Shown here in pieces: positions 26,001 to 41,500 of a stretch of 64,000 bases of DNA. A program made the translations under genes and the position numbers. The notes under the pieces were generated by a model. It was not told the DNA's origin, did not search any database, and saw nothing but the letters and a program-made list of their open reading frames with translations. Numbering within the stretch: the first letter of the stretch is position 1; each line of letters starts with the position of its first letter. Source of the stretch: Auanema rhodensis (Eukaryota; Animalia; Nematoda); NCBI GenBank assembly GCA_964057225.1, contig CAXKVF010000091.1:85341-149340 (forward strand). The letters run 5' to 3'.

Positions 26001-29000
26001 GATGTGCACTTGGTATGTAACTCGCTTCACGTGAAAGATAAAGAGAAGCGGTTTTCAAAATTAGATTCCCCATGTCCATATTAGTCTAAAAACAAATTTT
26101 TATTGATATTGCTTCATGGTAACCATGACTTTGAAATTTACGTGAACTTTAATTTATGCTAATTAAATGTACACGTGATGTGCACTTGGTATGTAACTCG
26201 CTTCACGTGAAAGATAAAGAGATGCGGTTTTCAAAATTAGATTCCCCATGTCCATATTAGTCTAAAAACAAATTTTTATTGATATTGGTTCATGGTAACC
26301 ATGACTTTGAAATTTACGTGAACTTTAATTTATGCTAATTAAATGTACACGTGATGTGCACTTGGTATGTAACTCGCTTCACGTGAGAGATAAAGAGATG
26401 CGGTTTTCAAAATTAGATTCCCCATGTCCATATTAGTCTAAAAACAAATTTTTATTGATATTGGTTCATGGTAACCATGACTTTGAAATTTACGTGAACT
26501 TTAATTTATGCTAATTAAATGTACACGTGATGTGCACTTGGTATGTAACTCGCTTCACGTGAAAGATAAAGAGATGCGGTTTTCAAAATTAGATTCCCCA
26601 TGTCCATATTAGTCTAAAAACAAATTTTTATTGATATTGGTTCATGGTAACCATGACTTTGAAATTTACGTGAACTTTAATTTATGCTAATTAAATGTAC
26701 ACGTGATGTGCACTTGGTATGTAACTCGCTTCACGTAAAAGATAAAGAGATGCGGTTTTCAAAATTAGATTCTCCATGTCCATATTAGTCTAAAAACAAA
26801 TTTTTATTGATATTGGTTCATGGTAACCATGACTTTGAAATTTACGTGAACTTTAATTTATGCTAATTAAATGTACACGTGATGTGCACTTGGTATGTAA
26901 CTCGCTTCACGTGAAAGATAAAGAGATGCGGTTTTCAAAATTAGATTCCCCATGTCCATATTAGTCTAAAAACAAATTTTTATTGATATTGGTGCATGGT
27001 AACCATGACTTTGAAATTTACGTGAACTTTAATTTATGCTAATTAAATGTACACGTGATGTGCACTTGGTATGTAACTCGCTTCACGTGAAAGATAAAGA
27101 GATGCGGTTTTCAAAATTAGATTACCCATGTCCATATTAGTCTAAAAACAAATTTTTATTGATATTGGTTCATGGTAACCATGACTTTGAAATTTACGTG
27201 AACTTTAATTTATGCTAATTAAATGTACACGTGATGTGCACTTGGTATGTAACTCGCTTCACGTGAAAGATAAAGAGATGCGGTTTTCAAAATTAGATTC
27301 CCCATGTCCATATTAGTCTAAAAACAAATTTTTATTGATATTGCTTCATGGTAACCATGACTTTGAAATTTACGTGAACTTTAATTTATGCTAATTAAAT
27401 GTACACGTGATGTGCACTTGGTATGTAACTCGCTTCACGTGAAAGATAAAGAGAAGCGGTTTTCAAAATTAGATTCCCCATGTCCATATTAGTCTAAAAA
27501 CAAATTTTTATTGATATTGCTTCATGGTAACCATGACTTTGAAATTTACGTGAACTTTAATTTATGCTAATTAAATGTACACGTGATGTGCACTTGGTAT
27601 GTAACTCGCTTCACGTGAAAGATAAAGAGATGCGGTTTTCAAAATTAGATTCCCCATGTCCATATTAGTCTAAAAACAAATTTTTATTGATATTGGTTCA
27701 TGGTAACCATGACTTTGAAATTTACGTGAACTTTAATTTATGCTAATTAAATGTACACGTGATGTGCACTTGGTATGTAACTCGCTTCACGTGAGAGATA
27801 AAGAGATGCGGTTTTCAAAATTAGATTCCCCATGTCCATATTAGTCTAAAAACAAATTTTTATTGATATTGGTTCATGGTAACCATGACTTTGAAATTTA
27901 CGTGAACTTTAATTTATGCTAATTAAATGTACACGTGATGTGCACTTGGTATGTAACTCGCTTCACGTGAAAGATAAAGAGATGCGGTTTTCAAAATTAG
28001 ATTCCCCATGTCCATATTAGTCTAAAAACAAATTTTTATTGATATTGGTTCATGGTAACCATGACTTTGAAATTTACGTGAACTTTAATTTATGCTAATT
28101 AAATGTACACGTGATGTGCACTTGGTATGTAACTCGCTTCACGTGAAAGATAAAGAGATGCGGTTTTCAAAATTAGATTCCCCATGTCCATATTAGTCTA
28201 AAAACAAATTTTTATTGATATTGGTTCATGGTAACCATGACTTTGAAATTTACGTGAACTTTAATTTATGCTAATTAAATGTACACGTGATGTGCACTTG
28301 GTATGTAACTCGCTTCACGTGAAAGATAAAGAGATGCGGTTTTCAAAATTAGATTCTCCATGTCCATATTAGTCTAAAAACAAATTTTTATTGATATTGG
28401 TTCATGGTAACCATGACTTTGAAATTTACGTGAACTTTAATTTATGCTAATTAAATGTACACGTGATGTGCACTTGGTATGTAACTCGCTTCACGTGAAA
28501 GATAAAGAGATGCGGTTTTCAAAATTAGATTCCCCATGTCCATATTAGTCTAAAAACAAATTTTTATTGATATTGGTGCATGGTAACCATGACTTTGAAA
28601 TTTACGTGAACTTTAATTTATGCTAATTAAATGTACACGTGATGTGCACTTGGTATGTAACTCGCTTCACGTGAAAGATAAAGAGATGCGGTTTTCAAAA
28701 TTAGATTACCCATGTCCATATTAGTCTAAAAACAAATTTTTATTGATATTGGTTCATGGTAACCATGACTTTGAAATTTACGTGAACTTTAATTTATGCT
28801 AATTAAATGTACACGTGATGTGCACTTGGTATGTAACTCGCTTCACGTGAAAGATAAAGAGATGCGGTTTTCAAAATTAGATTCCCCATGTCCATATTAG
28901 TCTAAAAACAAATTTTTATTGATATTGGTTCATGGTAACCATGACTTTGAAATTTACGTGAACTTTAATTTATGCTAATTAAATGTACACGTGATGTGCA

Positions 29001-32000
29001 CTTGGTATGTAACTCGCTTCACGTGAAAGATAAAGAGATGCGGTTTTCAAAATTAGATTCTTCACGTCCATATTAGTCTAAAAACAAATTTTTATTGATA
29101 TTGCTTCATGGTAACCATGACTTTGAAATTTACGTGAACTTTAATTTATGCTAATTAAATGTACACGTGATGTGCACTTGGTATGTAACTCGCTTCACGT
29201 GAAAGATAAAGAGAAGCGGTTTTCAAAATTAGATTCCCCATGTCCATATTAGTCTAAAAACAAATTTTTATTGATATTGCTTCATGGTAACCATGACTTT
29301 GAAATTTACGTGAACTTTAATTTATGCTAATTAAATGTACACGTGATGTGCACTTGGTATGTAACTCGCTTCACGTGAAAGATAAAGAGAAGCGGTTTTC
29401 AAAATTAGATTCCCCATGTCCATATTAGTCTAAAAACAAATTTTTATTGATATTGGTTCATGGTAACCATGACTTTGAAATTTACGTGAACTTTAATTTA
29501 TGCTAATTAAATGTACACGTGATGTGCACTTGGTATGTAACTCGCTTCACGTGAAAGATAAAGAGATGCGGTTTTCAAAATTAGATTCCCCATGTCCATA
29601 TTAGTCTAAAAACAAATTTTTATTGATATTGGTTCATGGTAACCATGACTTTGAAATTTACGTGAACTTTAATTTATGCTAATTAAATGTACACGTGATG
29701 TGCACTTGGTATGTAACTCGCTTCACGTGAAAGATAAAGAGATGCGGTTTTCAAAATTAGATTCTCCATGTCCATATTAGTCTAAAAACAAATTTTTATT
29801 GATATTGGTTCATGGTAACCATGACTTTGAAATTTACGTGAACTTTAATTTATGCTAATTAAATGTACACGTGATGTGCACTTGGTATGTAACTCGCTTC
29901 ACGTGAAAGATAAAGAGATGCGGTTTTCAAAATTAGATTCCCCATGTCCATATTAGTCTAAAAACAAATTTTTATTGATATTGGTGCATGGTAACCATGA
30001 CTATGAAATTTACGTGAACTTTAATTTATGCTAATTAAATGTACACGTGATGTGCACTTGGTATGTAACTCGCTTCACGTGAAAGATAAAGAGATGCGGT
30101 TTTCAAAATTAGATTACCCATGTCCATATTAGTCTAAAAACAAATTTTTATTGATATTGGTTCATGGTAACCATGACTTTGAAATTTACGTGAACTTTAA
30201 TTTATGCTAATTAAATGTACACGTGATGTGCACTTGGTATGTAACTCGCTTCACGTGAAAGATAAAGAGATGCGGTTTTCAAAATTAGATTCCCCATGTC
30301 CATATTAGTCTAAAAACAAATTTTTATTGATATTGCTTCATGGTAACCATGACTTTGAAATTTACGTGAACTTTAATTTATGCTAATTAAATGTACACGT
30401 GATGTGCACTTGGTATGTAACTCGCTTCACGTGAAAGATAAAGAGAAGCGGTTTTCAAAATTAGATTCCCCATGTCCATATTAGTCTAAAAACAAATTTT
30501 TATTGATATTGCTTCATGGTAACCATGACTTTGAAATTTACGTGAACTTTAATTTATGCTAATTAAATGTACACGTGATGTGCACTTGGTATGTAACTCG
30601 CTTCACGTGAAAGATAAAGAGATGCGGTTTTCAAAATTAGATTCCCCATGTCCATATTAGTCTAAAAACAAATTTTTATTGATATTGGTTCATGGTAACC
30701 ATGACTTTGAAATTTACGTGAACTTTAATTTATGCTAATTAAATGTACACGTGATGTGCACTTGGTATGTAACTCGCTTCACGTGAGAGATAAAGAGATG
30801 CGGTTTTCAAAATTAGATTCCCCATGTCCATATTAGTCTAAAAACAAATTTTTATTGATATTGGTTCATGGTAACCATGACTTTGAAATTTACGTGAACT
30901 TTAATTTATGCTAATTAAATGTACACGTGATGTGCACTTGGTATGTAACTCGCTTCACGTGAAAGATAAAGAGATGCGGTTTTCAAAATTAGATTCCCCA
31001 TGTCCATATTAGTCTAAAAACAAATTTTTATTGATATTGGTTCATGGTAACCATGACTTTGAAATTTACGTGAACTTTAATTTATGCTAATTAAATGTAC
31101 ACGTGATGTGCACTTGGTATGTAACTCGCTTCACGTGAAAGATAAAGAGATGCGGTTTTCAAAATTAGATTCCCCATGTCCATATTAGTCTAAAAACAAA
31201 TTTTTATTGATATTGGTTCATGGTAACCATGACTTTGAAATTTACGTGAACTTTAATTTATGCTAATTAAATGTACACGTGCTGTGCACTTGGTATGTAA
31301 CTCGCTTCACGTGAAAGATAAAGAGATGCGGTTTTCAAAATTAGATTCCCCATGTCCATATTAGTCTAAAAACAAATTTTTATTGATATTGGTTCATGGT
31401 AACCATGACTTTGAAATTTACGTGAACTTTAATTCATGCTAATTAAATGTACACGTGATGTGCACTTGGTATGTAACTCGCTTCACGTGAAAGATAAAGA
31501 GATGCGGTTTTCAAAATTAGATTCCCCATGTCCATATTAGTCTAAAAACAAATTTTTATTGATATTGGTGCATGGTAACCATGACTTTGAAATTTACGTG
31601 AACTTTAATTTATGCTAATTAAATGTACACGTGATGTGCACTTGGTATGTAACTCGCTTCACGTGAAAGATAAAGAGATGCGGTTTTCAAAATTAGATTC
31701 CCCATGTCCATATTAGTCTAAAAACAAATTTTTATTGATATTGGTTCATGGTAACCATGACTTTGAAATTTACGTGAACTTTAATTTATGCTAATTGAAT
31801 GTACACGTGATGTGCACTTGGTATGTAACTCGCTTCACGTGAAAGATAAAGAGATGCGGTTTTCAAAATTAGATTCCCCATGTCCATATTAGTCTAAAAA
31901 CAAATTTTTATTGATATTGGTTCATGGTAACCATGACTTTGAAATTTACGTGAACTTTAATTTATGCTAATTAAATGTACACGTGATGTGCACTTGGTAT

Positions 32001-35000
32001 GTAACTCGCTTCACGTGAAAGATAAAGAGATGCGGTTTTCAAAATTAGATTCCCCATGTCCATATTAGTCTAAAAACAAATTTTTATTGATATTGGTTCA
32101 TGGTAACCATGACTTTGAAATTTACGTGAACTTTAATTTATGCTAATTAAATGTACACGTGCTGTGCACTTGGTATGTAACTCGCTTCACGTGAAAGATA
32201 AAGAGATGCGGTTTTCAAAATTAGATTCCCCATGTCCATATTAGTCTAAAAACAAATTTTTATTGATATTGGTTCATGGTAACCATGACTTTGAAATTTA
32301 CGTGAACTTTAATTCATGCTAATTAAATGTACACGTGATGTGCACTTGGTATGTAACTCGCTTCACGTGAAAGATAAAGAGATGCGGTTTTCAAAATTAG
32401 ATTCCCCATGTCCATATTAGTCTAAAAACAAATTTTTATTGATATTGGTGCATGGTAACCATGACTTTGAAATTTACGTGAACTTTAATTTATGCTAATT
32501 AAATGTACACGTGATGTGCACTTGGTATGTAACTCGCTTCACGTGAAAGATAAAGAGATGCGGTTTTCAAAATTAGATTCCCCATGTCCATATTAGTCTA
32601 AAAACAAATTTTTATTGATATTGGTTCATGGTAACCATGACTTTGAAATTTACGTGAACTTTAATTTATGCTAATTAAATGTACACGTGATGTGCACTTG
32701 GTATGTAACTCGCTTCACGTGAAAGATAAAGAGATGCGGTTTTCAAAATTAGATTCTTCACGTCCATATTAGTCTAAAAACAAATTTTTATTGATATTGC
32801 TTCATGGTAACCATGACTTTGAAATTTACGTGAACTTTAATTTATGCTAATTAAATGTACACGTGATGTGCACTTGGTATGTAACTCGCTTCACGTGAAA
32901 GATAAAGAGAAGCGGTTTTCAAAATTAGATTCCCCATGTCCATATTAGTCTAAAAACAAATTTTTATTGATATTGCTTCATGGTAACCATGACTTTGAAA
33001 TTTACGTGAACTTTAATTTATGCTAATTAAATGTACACGTGATGTGCACTTGGTATGTAACTCGCTTCACGTGAAAGATAAAGAGAAGAGGTTTTCAAAA
33101 TTAGATTCCCCATGTCCATATTAGTCTAAAAACAAATTTTTATTGATATTGGTTCATGGTAACCATGACTTTGAAATTTACGTGAACTTTAATTTATGCT
33201 AATTAAATGTACACGTGATGTGCACTTGGTATGTAACTCGCTTCACGTGAAAGATAAAGAGATGCGGTTTTCAAAATTAGATTCCCCATGTCCATATTAG
33301 TCTAAAAACAAATTTTTATTGATATTGGTTCATGGTAACCATGACTTTGAAATTTACGTGAACTTTAATTTATGCTAATTAAATGTACACGTGATGTGCA
33401 CTTGGTATGTAACTCGCTTCACGTGAAAGATAAAGAGATGCGGTTTTCAAAATTAGATTCTCCATGTCCATATTAGTCTAAAAACAAATTTTTATTGATA
33501 TTGGTTCATGGTAACCATGACTTTGAAATTTACGTGAACTTTAATTTATGCTAATTAAATGTACACGTGATGTGCACTTGGTATGTAACTCGCTTCACGT
33601 GAAAGATAAAGAGATGCGGTTTTCAAAATTAGATTCCCCATGTCCATATTAGTCTAAAAACAAATTTTTATTGATATTGGTGCATGGTAACCATGACTTT
33701 GAAATTTACGTGAACTTTAATTTATGCTAATTAAATGTACACGTGATGTGCACTTGGTATGTAACTCGCTTCACGTGAAAGATAAAGAGATGCGGTTTTC
33801 AAAATTAGATTACCCATGTCCATATTAGTCTAAAAACAAATTTTTATTGATATTGGTTCATGGTAACCATGACTTTGAAATTTACGTGAACTTTAATTTA
33901 TGCTAATTAAATGTACACGTGATGTGCACTTGGTATGTAACTCGCTTCACGTGAAAGATAAAGAGATGCGGTTTTCAAAATTAGATTCCCCATGTCCATA
34001 TTAGTCTAAAAACAAATTTTTATTGATATTGCTTCATGGTAACCATGACTTTGAAATTTACGTGAACTTTAATTTATGCTAATTAAATGTACACGTGATG
34101 TGCACTTGGTATGTAACTCGCTTCACGTGAAAGATAAAGAGAAGCGGTTTTCAAAATTAGATTCCCCATGTCCATATTAGTCTAAAAACAAATTTTTATT
34201 GATATTGCTTCATGGTAACCATGACTTTGAAATTTACGTGAACTTTAATTTATGCTAATTAAATGTACACGTGATGTGCACTTGGTATGTAACTCGCTTC
34301 ACGTGAAAGATAAAGAGATGCGGTTTTCAAAATTAGATTCCCCATGTCCATATTAGTCTAAAAACAAATTTTTATTGATATTGGTTCATGGTAACCATGA
34401 CTTTGAAATTTACGTGAACTTTAATTTATGCTAATTAAATGTACACGTGATGTGCACTTGGTATGTAACTCGCTTCACGTGAGAGATAAAGAGATGCGGT
34501 TTTCAAAATTAGATTTCCCATGTCCATATTAGTCTAAAAACAAATTTTTATTGATATTGGTTCATGGTAACCATGACTTTGAAATTTACGTGAACTTTAA
34601 TTTATGCTAATTAAATGTACACGTGATGTGCACTTGGTATGTAACTCGCTTCACGTGAAAGATAAAGAGATGCGGTTTTCAAAATTAGATTCCCCATGTC
34701 CATATTAGTCTAAAAACAAATTTTTATTGATATTGGTTCATGGTAACCATGACTTTGAAATTTACGTGAACTTTAATTTATGCTAATTAAATGTACACGT
34801 GATGTGCACTTGGTATGTAACTCGCTTCACGTGAAAGATAAAGAGATGCGGTTTTCAAAATTAGATTCCCCATGTCCATATTAGTCTAAAAACAAATTTT
34901 TATTGATATTGCTTCATGGTAACCATGACTTTGAAATTTACGTGAACTTTAATTTATGCTAATTAAATGTACACGTGATGTGCACTTGGTATGTAACTCG

Positions 35001-38000
35001 CTTCACGTGAAAGATAAAGAGAAGCGGTTTTCAAAATTAGATTCCCCATGTCCATATTAGTCTAAAAACAAATTTTTATTGATATTGCTTCATGGTAACC
35101 ATGACTTTGAAATTTACGTGAACTTTAATTTATGCTAATTAAATGTACACGTGATGTGCACTTGGTATGTAACTCGCTTCACGTGAAAGATAAAGAGATG
35201 CGGTTTTCAAAATTAGATTCCCCATGTCCATATTAGTCTAAAAACAAATTTTTATTGATATTGGTTCATGGTAACCATGACTTTGAAATTTACGTGAACT
35301 TTAATTTATGCTAATTAAATGTACACGTGATGTGCACTTGGTATGTAACTCGCTTCACGTGAGAGATAAAGAGATGCGGTTTTCAAAATTAGATTCCCCA
35401 TGTCCATATTAGTCTAAAAACAAATTTTTATTGATATTGGTTCATGGTAACCATGACTTTGAAATTTACGTGAACTTTAATTTATGCTAATTAAATGTAC
35501 ACGTGATGTGCACTTGGTATGTAACTCGCTTCACGTGAAAGATAAAGAGATGCGGTTTTCAAAATTAGATTCCCCATGTCCATATTAGTCTAAAAACAAA
35601 TTTTTATTGATATTGGTTCATGGTAACCATGACTTTGAAATTTACGTGAACTTTAATTTATGCTAATTAAATGTACACGTGATGTGCACTTGGTATGTAA
35701 CTCGCTTCACGTGAAAGATAAAGAGATGCGGTTTTCAAAATTAGATTCCCCATGTCCATATTAGTCTAAAAACAAATTTTTATTGATATTGGTTCATGGT
35801 AACCATGACTTTGAAATTTACGTGAACTTTAATTTATGCTAATTAAATGTACACGTGCTGTGCACTTGGTATGTAACTCGCTTCACGTGAAAGATAAAGA
35901 GATGCGGTTTTCAAAATTAGATTCCCCATGTCCATATTAGTCTAAAAACAAATTTTTATTGATATTGGTTCATGGTAACCATGACTTTGAAATTTACGTG
36001 AACTTTAATTCATGCTAATTAAATGTACACGTGATGTGCACTTGGTATGTAACTCGCTTCACGTGAAAGATAAAGAGATGCGGTTTTCAAAATTAGATTC
36101 CCCATGTCCATATTAGTCTAAAAACAAATTTTTATTGATATTGGTGCATGGTAACCATGACTTTGAAATTTACGTGAACTTTAATTTATGCTAATTAAAT
36201 GTACACGTGATGTGCACTTGGTATGTAACTCGCTTCACGTGAAAGATAAAGAGATGCGGTTTTCAAAATTAGATTCCCCATGTCCATATTAGTCTAAAAA
36301 CAAATTTTTATTGATATTGGTTCATGGTAACCATGACTTTGAAATTTACGTGAACTTTAATTTATGCTAATTAAATGTACACGTGATGTGCACTTGGTAT
36401 GTAACTCGCTTCACGTGAAAGATAAAGAGATGCGGTTTTCAAAATTAGATTCTTCACGTCCATATTAGTCTAAAAACAAATTTTTATTGATATTGCTTCA
36501 TGGTAACCATGACTTTGAAATTTACGTGAACTTTAATTTATGCTAATTAAATGTACACGTGATGTGCACTTGGTATGTAACTCGCTTCACGTGAAAGATA
36601 AAGAGAAGCGGTTTTCAAAATTAGATTCCCCATGTCCATATTAGTCTAAAAACAAATTTTTATTGATATTGCTTCATGGTAACCATGACTTTGAAATTTA
36701 CGTGAACTTTAATTTATGCTAATTAAATGTACACGTGATGTGCACTTGGTATGTAACTCGCTTCACGTGAAAGATAAAGAGAAGCGGTTTTCAAAATTAG
36801 ATTCCCCATGTCCATATTAGTCTAAAAACAAATTTTTATTGATATTGGTTCATGGTAACCATGACTTTGAAATTTACGTGAACTTTAATTTATGCTAATT
36901 AAATGTACACGTGATGTGCACTTGGTATGTAACTCGCTTCACGTGAAAGATAAAGAGATGCGGTTTTCAAAATTAGATTACCCATGTCCATATTAGTCTA
37001 AAAACAAATTTTTATTGATATTGGTTCATGGTAACCATGACTTTGAAATTTACGTGAACTTTAATTTATGCTAATTAAATGTACACGTGATGTGCACTTG
37101 GTATGTAACTCGCTTCACGTGAAAGATAAAGAGATGCGGTTTTCAAAATTAGATTCTTCACGTCCATATTAGTCTAAAAACAAATTTTTATTGATATTGC
37201 TTCATGGTAACCATGACTTTGAAATTTACGTGAACTTTAATTTATGCTAATTAAATGTACACGTGATGTGCACTTGGTATGTAACTCGCTTCACGTGAAA
37301 GATAAAGAGAAGCGGTTTTCAAAATTAGATTCCCCATGTCCATATTAGTCTAAAAACAAATTTTTATTGATATTGCTTCATGGTAACCATGACTTTGAAA
37401 TTTACGTGAACTTTAATTTATGCTAATTAAATGTACACGTGATGTGCACTTGGTATGTAACTCGCTTCACGTGAAAGATAAAGAGAAGCGGTTTTCAAAA
37501 TTAGATTCCCCATGTCCATATTAGTCTAAAAACAAATTTTTATTGATATTGGTTCATGGTAACCATGACTTTGAAATTTACGTGAACTTTAATTTATGCT
37601 AATTAAATGTACACGTGATGTGCACTTGGTATGTAACTCGCTTCACGTGAAAGATAAAGAGATGCGGTTTTCAAAATTAGATTCCCCATGTCCATATTAG
37701 TCTAAAAACAAATTTTTATTGATATTGGTTCATGGTAACCATGACTTTGAAATTTACGTGAACTTTAATTTATGCTAATTAAATGTACACGTGATGTGCA
37801 CTTGGTATGTAACTCGCTTCACGTGAAAGATAAAGAGATGCGGTTTTCAAAATTAGATTCTCCATGTCCATATTAGTCTAAAAACAAATTTTTATTGATA
37901 TTGGTTCATGGTAACCATGACTTTGAAATTTACGTGAACTTTAATTTATGCTAATTAAATGTACACGTGATGTGCACTTGGTATGTAACTCGCTTCACGT

Positions 38001-38369
38001 GAAAGATAAAGAGATGCGGTTTTCAAAATTAGATTCCCCATGTCCATATTAGTCTAAAAACAAATTTTTATTGATATTGGTGCATGGTAACCATGACTTT
38101 GAAATTTACGTGAACTTTAATTTATGCTAATTAAATGTACACGTGATGTGCACTTGGTATGTAACTCGCTTCACGTGAAAGATAAAGAGATGCGGTTTTC
38201 AAAATTAGATTACCCATGTCCATATTAGTCTAAAAACAAATTTTTATTGATATTGGTTCATGGTAACCATGACTTTGAAATTTACGTGAACTTTAATTTA
38301 TGCTAATTAAATGTACACGTGATGTGCACTTGGTATGTAACTCGCTTCACGTGAAAGATAAAGAGATGC
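23058..38369 (+). repeat. HOR block C: 16-mer (2816 bp; intact copy 23058-25873) with 8-, 9-, 8-, 21-, 5- and 20-monomer derivatives
   Basis: Fixed marker order: G63C+T174A, G63C, A162G, ..., A129C, T106C, G65, T65, CTTCACG+G63C+T174A, G63C+T174A, ..., C20T, G65, C19A. Units start at 23058, 25874, 27282, 28866, 30274, 33970, 34850. Confidence 0.82.
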
Positions 38370-38545
38370 GGTTTTCAAAATTAGATTCCCCATGTCCATA
38401 TTAGTCTAAAAACAAATTTTTATTGATATTGGTTCATGGTAACCATGACTTTGAAATTTACGTGAACTTTAATTTATGCTAATTAAATGTACACGTGATG
38501 TGCACTTGGTATGTAACTCGCTTCACGTGAAAGATAAAGAGATGC

Positions 38546-41500
38546 GGTTTTCAAAATTAGATTCCCCATGTCCATATTAGTCTAAAAACAACTTTTTATT
38601 GATATTGGTGCATGGTAACCATGACTTTGAAATTTACGTGAACTTTAATTTATGCTAATTAAATGTACACGTGATGTGCACTTGGTATGTAACTCGCTTC
38701 ACGTGAAAGATAAAGAGATGCGGTTTTCAAAATTAGATTCCCCATGTCCATATTAGTCTAAAAACAAATTTTTATTGATATTGGTTCATGGTAACCATGA
38801 CTTTGAAATTTACGTGAACTTTAATTTATGCTAATTAAATGTACACGTGATGTGCACTTGGTATGTAACTCGCTTCACGTGAAAGATAAAGAGATGCGGT
38901 TTTCAAAATTAGATTCCCCATGTCCATATTAGTCTAAAAACAAATTTTTATTGATATTGGTGCATGGTAACCATGACTTTGAAATTTACGTGAACTTTAA
39001 TTTATGCTAATTAAATGTACACGTGATGTGCACTTGGTATGTAACTCGCTTCACGTGAAAGATAAAGAGATGCGGTTTTCAAAATTAGATTACCCATGTC
39101 CATATTAGTCTAAAAACAAATTTTTATTGATATTGGTTCATGGTAACCATGACTTTGAAATTTACGTGAACTTTAATTTATGCTAATTAAATGTACACGT
39201 GATGTGCACTTGGTATGTAACTCGCTTCACGTGAAAGATAAAGAGATGCGGTTTTCAAAATTAGATTCCCCATGTCCATATTAGTCTAAAAACAAATTTT
39301 TATTGATATTGGTTCATGGTAACCATGACTTTGAAATTTACGTGAACTTTAATTCATGCTAATTAAATGTACACGTGATGTGCACTTGGTATGTAACTCG
39401 CTTCACGTGAAAGATAAAGAGATGCGGTTTTCAAAATTAGATTCCCCATGTCCATATTAGTCTAAAAACAAATTTTTATTGATATTGGTGCATGGTAACC
39501 ATGACTTTGAAATTTACGTGAACTTTAATTTATGCTAATTAAATGTACACGTGATGTGCACTTGGTATGTAACTCGCTTCACGTGAAAGATAAAGAGATG
39601 CGGTTTTCAAAATTAGATTCCCCATGTCCATATTAGTCTAAAAACAAATTTTTATTGATATTGGTTCATGGTAACCATGACTTTGAAATTTACGTGAACT
39701 TTAATTTATGCTAATTAAATGTACACGTGATGTGCACTTGGTATGTAACTCGCTTCACGTGAAAGATAAAGAGATGCGGTTTTCAAAATTAGATTCTTCA
39801 CGTCCATATTAGTCTAAAAACAAATTTTTATTGATATTGCTTCATGGTAACCATGACTTTGAAATTTACGTGAACTTTAATTTATGCTAATTAAATGTAC
39901 ACGTGATGTGCACTTGGTATGTAACTCGCTTCACGTGAAAGATAAAGAGAAGCGGTTTTCAAAATTAGATTCCCCATGTCCATATTAGTCTAAAAACAAA
40001 TTTTTATTGATATTGCTTCATGGTAACCATGACTTTGAAATTTACGTGAACTTTAATTTATGCTAATTAAATGTACACGTGATGTGCACTTGGTATGTAA
40101 CTCGCTTCACGTGGAAGATAAAGAGATGCGGTTTTCAAAATTAGATTCCCCATGTCCATATTAGTCTAAAAACAAATTTTTATTGATATTGGTTCATGGT
40201 AACCATGACTTTGAAATTTACGTGAACTTTAATTTATGCTAATTAAATGTACACGTGATGTGCACTTGGTATGTAACTCGCTTCACGTGAAAGATAAAGA
40301 GATGCGGTTTTCAAAATTAGATTACCCATGTCCATATTAGTCTAAAAACAAATTTTTATTGATATTGCTTCATGGTAACCATGACTTTGAAATTTACGTG
40401 AACTTTAATTTATGCTAATTAAATGTACACGTGATGTGCACTTGGTATGTAACTCGCTTCACGTGAAAGATAAAGAGAAGCGGTTTTCAAAATTAGATTC
40501 CCCATGTCCATATTAGTCTAAAAACAACTTTTTATTGATATTGGTGCATGGTAACCATGACTTTGAAATTTACGTGAACTTTAATTTATGCTAATTAAAT
40601 GTACACGTGATGTGCACTTGGTATGTAACTCGCTTCACGTGAAAGATAAAGAGATGCGGTTTTCAAAATTAGATTCCCCATGTCCATATTAGTCTAAAAA
40701 CAAATTTTTATTGATATTGGTTCATGGTAACCATGACTTTGAAATTTACGTGAACTTTAATTTATGCTAATTAAATGTACACGTGATGTGCACTTGGTAT
40801 GTAACTCGCTTCACGTGAAAGATAAAGAGATGCGGTTTTCAAAATTAGATTCCCCATGTCCATATTAGTCTAAAAACAAATTTTTATTGATATTGGTGCA
40901 TGGTAACCATGACTTTGAAATTTACGTGAACTTTAATTTATGCTAATTAAATGTACACGTGATGTGCACTTGGTATGTAACTCGCTTCACGTGAAAGATA
41001 AAGAGATGCGGTTTTCAAAATTAGATTACCCATGTCCATATTAGTCTAAAAACAAATTTTTATTGATATTGGTTCATGGTAACCATGACTTTGAAATTTA
41101 CGTGAACTTTAATTTATGCTAATTAAATGTACACGTGATGTGCACTTGGTATGTAACTCGCTTCACGTGAAAGATAAAGAGATGCGGTTTTCAAAATTAG
41201 ATTCCCCATGTCCATATTAGTCTAAAAACAAATTTTTATTGATATTGGTTCATGGTAACCATGACTTTGAAATTTACGTGAACTTTAATTCATGCTAATT
41301 AAATGTACACGTGATGTGCACTTGGTATGTAACTCGCTTCACGTGAAAGATAAAGAGATGCGGTTTTCAAAATTAGATTCCCCATGTCCATATTAGTCTA
41401 AAAACAAATTTTTATTGATATTGGTGCATGGTAACCATGACTTTGAAATTTACGTGAACTTTAATTTATGCTAATTAAATGTACACGTGATGTGCACTTG

